Part shown: piece after piece, positions 57,835 through 64,000 of the stretch | Layout of the letters: the number at the start of each line of letters is the position of its first letter | How positions within the stretch are numbered: position 1 is the first letter of the stretch | Origin: Spirochaetia bacterium | Lineage (GTDB): Bacteria; Spirochaetota; Spirochaetia; SZUA-6; Bin103 | NCBI GenBank assembly: GCA_965208575.1 | Contig: CBDBOV010000002.1 | Coordinates: 320,001-384,000 of the forward strand | Direction of reading: 5' to 3' | Length of the DNA: 64,000 nucleotides | Notes under the pieces: generated by a model | Told to the model about the DNA's origin: nothing | Seen by the model: only the letters and a program-made list of their open reading frames with translations | Databases searched by the model: none | Translations under genes and position numbers: made by a program

Positions 57835-60800
57835 ATGGCCGTGAAGTTGGTCGCGCTGCGTCGCGCAACACCGCTCGTGTTTGTCCTCGCCTTGCTCGCC
57901 GGCACGTTCTGCGCTGCCGGTCCGGTGCTGGCGGAGCCGGTGGTGCGCGCCGTCGCGCTGGTGTCGGAGCCGACGGTGGACGCTGACGGGAGCGGCTCGA
58001 ACGAGACCTACAAGGTGGGCGACACGGTGCGCGCGCGGGTGACGTTCGACACGGCGGTGGACGTGGCCGGCAGCCCGGTGCTGAGGCTGCAGTTCGACCC
58101 GAGGTACGGCCAGAAGCCCATGACCTTCGACGCCACCCGGGGCCGGACGAACACGACGACGCTGGAGTTCACCTACGAGGTGGTGTCCGGCAACCTCTCC
58201 CGGCCGGGCATCGCGTTCTACGCGAACAAGCTGAGCGTGGGAGCGAACGCGAGCATCCGCGCGACCGGGACGCAGCAGAACGCGAACTTGGCGTTCGCCA
58301 GGGTGGACCACGACGCGGGCCACAAGGTGGACGGGCTCGGGCCGAAGGTGTCGAGCGCGGGGGTGGCCGGCACGACCCTGACCATCGTCTTCGACGAGCC
58401 GCTCGTCGACGCCGCCTCGCTCGCCAACAGCGCCTTCACGGTGAAGCGCACGCGCGCGGGCACCGAGGCCACGGTGAGCCTGAGCGGTTCGCCGTCGATC
58501 AGCGGCGCGACGCTGACCCTGACGCTGGCGAGCGCGGTGCTGTCGACCGACACCGCCGTCAAGGTGAGCTACGCCAAGCCCACCTCGGGCGCGGGCAACA
58601 CGCTGCGCGACGCGCCCGGCAACGACGTGAAGAACTTTGCCGATCGCGCCGTGTTGAACAAGCTGCACGCGCCGGGATCATGCGGAGCGGCCTCGAATCC
58701 CGGAGACTGGATCGCGTCGGTCACGTCCTCCACGACGACGATCAGCGTCACCTTGAAGAACCCTGCCCCGACCGGAATCGTGATTTTCGAAGTCTGCCGA
58801 GCCACGTCGCCAGGGAGGTTCAGCATCTTCAATGGCCTCAGCGTTACCGATCCTCGCGGAGGAAGCAGCCACACGTTTGACGCCGGTGGCGGCAGGCTCG
58901 ACCATCCCCTGCAATCGGGCACCGACCACTGGGTGCGTGTCCTCCCCGATTACCGCAGCGAACCCAGTGTGTGGTACTACATCCGCACCCGGGCGAACAC
59001 GGCGCCGAGCTTCGCGACGGGTGCCGCGTCGGGGTTCAGCGTGGTGGAGGGCAGCGCCGCGGGCGCGGCGGTGGGCACGGTGGCGGCGACCGACCCGGAC
59101 GGCGACACGCTGACCTATTCGCTGGCCAGCGACGGCACCGACCACGAAACGTTCGCCATCGACAGCGGCGGCCGCATCACGGTGGCGTCCGGCGCGACGC
59201 TGGAGCACGAGACGCAGGCGAGCTACTCGCTGACGGTGCAGGTGCATGACGGCAAGGACTACCGGGGCGACGCGGACAGCACGGTGGACGCGTCTCACGA
59301 CCTGACCGTGACGGTGAGGAACGTGCCGGTGGTGAGCGCCGTGGCGCTGGTGTCGGAGCCGACGGTGGACGCCGACGGCGACGGCACGGACGAGACCTAC
59401 AAGGTGGGCGATGAGGTGCGCGCGCGGGTGACGTTCGACGCGGCGGTGGACGTGGCGGGCAGCCCGGTGCTGAAGCTGGATTTCGACCCGGCGGAGTGGG
59501 GTGAGAAGTCGATGACCTTCGACGCCGCCCGGAGCCGGACGAACACGACGACGCTGGAGTTCACCTACGAGGTGGTGGCGAACAACCTGTCCACGCAGGG
59601 CATCGCGTTCTACGCGAACAAGCTGAGCGTGGGCGCGGGGGTGAGCATCCGCGCGGCGGGCAAGCAGCAGAACGCCGACCTGACCTTTGCCAAGGTGAAG
59701 CACGACGCGGCCCACAAGGTGGACGGGGTCGCGCCGGCGCTGATTGCGACCGCGCCGGTTTCGGTGACCTCGTCGGCGGGAGCGGCCGCCATTTACGCGA
59801 TCGGCGACGCGATCGAGATCACGGCGACGTTCAACGAGGCGGTGACGGTGACCACGGCGGGCACCCCGGTGGCGGGGCCGCGGCTCGCGTTCACGCTGGG
59901 GACGGGGACGAAGCACGCGGTGTACCACTCGGGCAGCGGCACGGCGGCGCTGGTGTTCCGCTACCCGGTGGCGGAGGGCGATGCGGACGGCGACGGCATT
60001 GCCGTGGCCGCGAACGGGCTGGAACTGAACGGCGGCACGATCGCGGACGCGGCCGGGAACGCGGCGGCGGCCGCGCAGCTTGAACACCCGGCCGTGGCCG
60101 CGCTTTCCGGCCACAAGGTGGACGGGGTGCGCCCGACGGTGCGGAGCGTGGTGGTGGCCGGCACGAAGCTGAAGGTGACGTTCAGCGAGACGCTGGGGGC
60201 GGCGTCGAGCCTCGCGAGCACGGCGTTCGCGGTGAAGAAGACCCCGCGGGGCGGGGTGGAGCAGACGGTGGCACTGAGCGGTTCGCCGTCGCTCTCCGGT
60301 GCGACGCTGACCCTGACGCTGGCGAGCGCGGTGGTGGGGACCGACACCGGGGTGAAGGTGAGCTACACCGCTCCCACCACGGGCACGGACAACACGCTGC
60401 GGGACGCGGTCGGCAACGACGTGAAGAGCTTTTCCGACGTGGCGGTAACGCCGATCAGGGGGGTGAGCGCCGTGGCGCTGGTGTCGGCGCCGCCCGCGGG
60501 GCAGAACGACACCTACAAGGTGGGCGATGAGGTGCGCGCGCGGGTGACGTTCAACGGCCCGGTGGACGTGACGGGCAGCCCGGTGCTGAAGCTGGATTTC
60601 GACCCTGGGGACTGGGGCGAGAAGTCGATGACCTTCGACGCCACCCGGAGCCGGACGAGCACGACGACGCTGGAGTTCACCTACGAGGTGGTGGCGGACA
60701 ACCTCTCCACGCAGGGCATCGCGTTCTACGCGAACAAGCTGAGCGCGGGCGGGAACGTGAGCATCCGCACGGCGGGGACGCAGCAGGACGCGGACCTGGC

Positions 60801-63800
60801 GTTCGCCAAGGTGGAGCACGACGCGGACCACAAGGTGGACGGGGTCCTGCCCGATCTGATTGCGGCGGATCCGGTCTCGGTGACCTCGGCGGCGGGGGCG
60901 GACGCCACCTACGCAATCGGCGACCCGATCGAGATCACGGCGACGTTCAACGAGGCGGTGACGGTGACCACGGCCGGGACCCCGGTGGCGGGGCCGCGGC
61001 TCGCACTTACGCTGGGGACGGGGACGAAGCACGCGGTGTACCACTCGGGCAGCGGCACGGCGGCGCTGGTGTTCCGCTACCCGGTGGCGGAGGGCGATGC
61101 GGACGCCGACGGCATTGCGATCGTCGGGAACGGGTTGGGACTGAACGGCGGCACGATCGCGGACGCGGCCGGGAACGCGGCGGCGGCCGAGCAGCTTGAG
61201 CACGCGGCATTGGATCGGCTCACCAGCCACAAGGTGGACGGGGTGCGCCCGACGGTGCGGAGCGCGGCGGCGGCCGGCACGAAGCTGAAGGTGACGTTCA
61301 GCGAGACGCTGGGGGCGGCGTCGAGCCTGGCGAACGGCGCGTTCGAGGTGAAGAAGACCCCGCGGGACGGGGTGGAGCAGACGGTGACGCTGAGCGGTTC
61401 GCCGTCGATCAGCGGGGCGACGCTGACCCTGACGCTGGCGAGCGCGGTGGTGGGGACCGACACCGCCATCAAGGTGAGCTACACCAGGCCGACGACGGGC
61501 ACGGCCAACACGCTGCGGGACGCGGTTGGCAATGACGCGGAGAACTTCGCCGACCAGGCGGTGCAGGTGGGCAACTTCGCGCCGAGCTTCGCGTCGGATG
61601 CTCCGTCGCGGTTCAGCGTGGCCGAGAACAGCGCCGCGGGCACGGCGGTGGGCACGGTGGCGGCCACCGACCCGGACGGCGGCACGCTGACCTATTCGCT
61701 GACCAGCGCCGGCACCGACCACAAAGCGTTCGCCATCGACAGCGGCGGCCGGATCACGGTGGCGTCCGGCGCGACGCTGGACCACGAGTCGCGGTCGAGC
61801 TACTCGCTCACCGTCCGGGTGCACGACGGCGGGAATTTCTTCGGCGGCCCGGGCACCGCCGTGGATGCGTCTCACCGCTTGACCATCACGGTGACGGACT
61901 TGACGGTCGAGCCGCCGGGGACGCCGTCGAAGCCGACGGTGAGGGGCACGCCGAGCAGCTTGCGGGTGAACTGGAACGCGCCGGACATGACCGGCCGGCC
62001 GGCGATCACGGGCTACGACGTTCGCTGGTTCAAGGGCAGCGCCGACCCGGCCCAGGACGCGCAGTGGACCAGGCACTTTCACGCCGGGGCCGCGACCCGC
62101 ACCACCATCGCCGAACTGGACCCCGGCAGCGCCTACCGGGTGCAGGTGCGGGCCGTGAACGCCGACGGCAAGAGCCCCTGGACCACCTCCGGCCAGGGCC
62201 GCACAACGTCGTCGGCGGCGCCGGCACAATGCGGATCGCCCTTGAATCCCGGAAACTGGATCGCGTCGGTCGCATCCTCCGCCACGACCGTCACCGTCAC
62301 CTTGACGACCGCTCCCCCGACCGGGACCGTTCATTTCGAAGTCTGTCAATTGGAGTTGGGGGGAGGTTACCGAACCTTTTTCGGCCGCAGCGTTACCAAT
62401 CCCGCGAGGGGCAGCAGTCATACGTTTGGCAGTGGTGGCAGCCGACCGCTGCCCTCGGGCACCGACCACTGGGTGCGTGTCCTCACCGCCTCCCACAATG
62501 CTGGCGCGTGGCACTACTTCCGCACCCGGGCGAACACGGCGCCGAGCTTCGCGACGGGTGCCGCGTCGGGGTTCAGCGTGGTGGAGGGTAGCGCCGCGGG
62601 CGCGGCGGTGGGCACGGTGGCGGCGGCCGACCCGGACGGCGATACGCTGACCTATTCGCTGGCCAGCGACGGCACGGACCACGAAACGTTCGCCATCGAC
62701 AGCGGCGGCCGCATCACGGTGGCGTCCGGCGCGACGCTGGAGCACGAGACGCAGGCGAGCTACTCGCTGACGGTGCAGGTGCATGACGGCAAGGACTACC
62801 GGGGCGACGCGGACAGCACGGTGGACGCGTCTCACGACCTGACCGTGACGGTGACGAACGTGCCGGTGGTGAGCGCGGTGGCGCTGGTGTCGGAGCCGAC
62901 GGTGGACGCCGACGGCGACGGCACGGACGAGACCTACAAGGTGGGCGACACGGTGCGTGCGCGGGTGACGTTCGACGCGGCGGTGGACGTGGCGGGCAGC
63001 CCGGTGCTGAAGCTGGATTTCGACCCGGCGGAGTGGGGCGAGAAGTCGATGACCTTCGACACCGCCCGGAGCCGGACGAACACGACGACGCTGGAGTTCA
63101 CCTACGAGGTGGTGGCGAACAACCTGTCCACGCAGGGTATCGCATTCTACGCGAACAAGCTGAGCGTGGGCGCGGGAGCGAGCATCCGAGCGGCGGGCAA
63201 GCAGCAGAACGCCGACCTGACCTTTGCCAAGGTGAAGCACGACGCGGCCCACAAGGTGGACGGGGTCGCGCCGGCGCTGATTGCGACCGCGCCGGTTTCG
63301 GTGACCTCGTCGGCGGGAGCGGCCGCCATTTACGCGATCGGCGACGCGATCGAGATCACGGCGACGTTCAACGAGGCGGTGACGGTGACCACGGCCGGGA
63401 CCCCGGTGGCGGGGCCACGGCTCGCGTTCACGCTGGGGTCGGGGACGAAGCACGCGGTGTACCACTCGGGCAGCGGCACGGCGGCGCCGGTGTTCCGCTA
63501 CACGGTGGCGGAGGGCGATGCGGACACCGACGGCATTGCCGTGGCCGAGAACGGGCTGGAACTGAACGGCGGCACGATCGCGGACGCGGCGGGGAACGCG
63601 GCGGCGGCCGCGCAGCTCGATCACCCGGCCGTCGCGGCGCTCGCCGCCCACAAGGTGGACGGGGTGCGCCCGACGGTGCGGAGCGTGGTGGTGGCCGGCA
63701 CGAAGCTGAAGGTGACGTTCAGCGAGACGCTGGGGGCGGCGTCGAGCCTCGCGAGCACGGCGTTCGCGGTGACGAAGACCCCGCGGGGCGGGGTGGAGCA

Positions 63801-64000
63801 GACGGTGGCGCTGAGCGGTTCGCCGTCGCTCTCCGGCGCGACGCTGACCCTGACGCTGGCGAGCGCGGTGGTGGGGACCGACACCGGGGTGAAGGTGAGC
63901 TACACCAAGCCGACGACGGGCACGGCCAACACGCTGCGGGACGCGGTCGGCAACGACGTGAAGAGCTTTTCCGGCGTGGCGGTAACGCCGATCAGGGGGG
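57835..64000 (+). CDS. Giant modular surface protein (cadherin, FN3, SwmB-like and Ig-like repeats); runs off the window
   Basis: Not in the ORF track (no stop in window). ATG at 57835: MAVKLVALRR..signal peptide; cadherin motifs NTAPSF..V.E....VGTV.A.DPDGD.LTYSL, L.HE...Y.L.V.V.DG; FN3 PPGTP..W.AP..ITGYDV.W..L.PG..Y.VQVRAVN; >2050 codons. Confidence 0.92.
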   Translation, partial: MAVKLVALRRATPLVFVLALLAGTFCAAGPVLAEPVVRAVALVSEPTVDADGSGSNETYKVGDTVRARVTFDTAVDVAGSPVLRLQFDPRYGQKPMTFDATRGRTNTTTLEFTYEVVSGNLSRPGIAFYANKLSVGANASIRATGTQQNANLAFARVDHDAGHKVDGLGPKVSSAGVAGTTLTIVFDEPLVDAASLANSAFTVKRTRAGTEATVSLSGSPSISGATLTLTLASAVLSTDTAVKVSYAKPTSGAGNTLRDAPGNDVKNFADRAVLNKLHAPGSCGAASNPGDWIASVTSSTTTISVTLKNPAPTGIVIFEVCRATSPGRFSIFNGLSVTDPRGGSSHTFDAGGGRLDHPLQSGTDHWVRVLPDYRSEPSVWYYIRTRANTAPSFATGAASGFSVVEGSAAGAAVGTVAATDPDGDTLTYSLASDGTDHETFAIDSGGRITVASGATLEHETQASYSLTVQVHDGKDYRGDADSTVDASHDLTVTVRNVPVVSAVALVSEPTVDADGDGTDETYKVGDEVRARVTFDAAVDVAGSPVLKLDFDPAEWGEKSMTFDAARSRTNTTTLEFTYEVVANNLSTQGIAFYANKLSVGAGVSIRAAGKQQNADLTFAKVKHDAAHKVDGVAPALIATAPVSVTSSAGAAAIYAIGDAIEITATFNEAVTVTTAGTPVAGPRLAFTLGTGTKHAVYHSGSGTAALVFRYPVAEGDADGDGIAVAANGLELNGGTIADAAGNAAAAAQLEHPAVAALSGHKVDGVRPTVRSVVVAGTKLKVTFSETLGAASSLASTAFAVKKTPRGGVEQTVALSGSPSLSGATLTLTLASAVVGTDTGVKVSYTAPTTGTDNTLRDAVGNDVKSFSDVAVTPIRGVSAVALVSAPPAGQNDTYKVGDEVRARVTFNGPVDVTGSPVLKLDFDPGDWGEKSMTFDATRSRTSTTTLEFTYEVVADNLSTQGIAFYANKLSAGGNVSIRTAGTQQDADLAFAKVEHDADHKVDGVLPDLIAADPVSVTSAAGADATYAIGDPIEITATFNEAVTVTTAGTPVAGPRLALTLGTGTKHAVYHSGSGTAALVFRYPVAEGDADADGIAIVGNGLGLNGGTIADAAGNAAAAEQLEHAALDRLTSHKVDGVRPTVRSAAAAGTKLKVTFSETLGAASSLANGAFEVKKTPRDGVEQTVTLSGSPSISGATLTLTLASAVVGTDTAIKVSYTRPTTGTANTLRDAVGNDAENFADQAVQVGNFAPSFASDAPSRFSVAENSAAGTAVGTVAATDPDGGTLTYSLTSAGTDHKAFAIDSGGRITVASGATLDHESRSSYSLTVRVHDGGNFFGGPGTAVDASHRLTITVTDLTVEPPGTPSKPTVRGTPSSLRVNWNAPDMTGRPAITGYDVRWFKGSADPAQDAQWTRHFHAGAATRTTIAELDPGSAYRVQVRAVNADGKSPWTTSGQGRTTSSAAPAQCGSPLNPGNWIASVASSATTVTVTLTTAPPTGTVHFEVCQLELGGGYRTFFGRSVTNPARGSSHTFGSGGSRPLPSGTDHWVRVLTASHNAGAWHYFRTRANTAPSFATGAASGFSVVEGSAAGAAVGTVAAADPDGDTLTYSLASDGTDHETFAIDSGGRITVASGATLEHETQASYSLTVQVHDGKDYRGDADSTVDASHDLTVTVTNVPVVSAVALVSEPTVDADGDGTDETYKVGDTVRARVTFDAAVDVAGSPVLKLDFDPAEWGEKSMTFDTARSRTNTTTLEFTYEVVANNLSTQGIAFYANKLSVGAGASIRAAGKQQNADLTFAKVKHDAAHKVDGVAPALIATAPVSVTSSAGAAAIYAIGDAIEITATFNEAVTVTTAGTPVAGPRLAFTLGSGTKHAVYHSGSGTAAPVFRYTVAEGDADTDGIAVAENGLELNGGTIADAAGNAAAAAQLDHPAVAALAAHKVDGVRPTVRSVVVAGTKLKVTFSETLGAASSLASTAFAVTKTPRGGVEQTVALSGSPSLSGATLTLTLASAVVGTDTGVKVSYTKPTTGTANTLRDAVGNDVKSFSGVAVTPIRG
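58984..64000 (+). repeat. Intragenic super-repeat: 58984-60463 recurs at 62521-64000 (offset 3537 bp)
   Basis: Near-identical nucleotide blocks at a constant offset; additional module copies at 57934-58660 and 60460-61900. Confidence 0.9.

Noticed and set aside
58670-62525. Diversity-generating retroelement TR/VR pair
   Set aside because: Differences between the two variable domains are not adenine-restricted and include indels; both copies are coding, and there is no reverse transcriptase in the window
58678-63651. 1657-aa minus-strand ORF
   Set aside because: It is the antisense shadow of the plus-strand adhesin, with Arg/His-rich nonsense composition

Overview
High-GC bacterial chromosome segment. 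It is most likely from a spirochaete: class I LysRS, a stand-alone DbpA RNA-binding protein, a MoxR/Bat operon and many lipoproteins all point that way. A host-associated or sponge-type lifestyle is only an inference from the cadherin/FN3 adhesin and the IS load. Left to right the window holds: a doc/AbrB toxin-antitoxin pair; nadB-nadC-nadA; a ~9 kb accessory/defence-like block (zincin, ATPase-nuclease, methyltransferase, DJ-1, nonsense-interrupted AAA ATPase, Schlafen/AlbA_2); nadE and tRNA-Arg(CCT); a repeat-expanded HNH gene; rlpA; lysS; a 14x13-aa coiled-coil repeat gene; and rpiA. Next come a complete IS1595 element with passenger genes (23-bp TIR, 8-bp TSD), mnmA, an Rrf2-cysH-cysD-cysN-cobA/hemD operon, era and tetR. 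These are followed by a cysteate synthase + cysteate acyltransferase-like pair (sulfonolipid-type), apbE, clpP, purC, an EEP nuclease, rmuC, a second complete IS (16-bp TIR, 5-bp TSD), argJ, moxR-DUF58-bat genes, infA, dksA, trmB and ilvC. The window ends with a response-regulator relic, a TbpB-barrel-like secreted protein and the first >2000 codons of a giant modular surface protein that is missing from the ORF track. The best leads are: (1) sulfate activation to sulfite located next to a capnine-type sulfonolipid module; (2) antibody-like variable domains embedded in a near-identical adhesin super-repeat; (3) the transporter IS1595 carrying a lipoprotein protease; and (4) a regular beta-layer coiled-coil repeat protein. 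All family calls come from motif recognition only, and no database searches were run.
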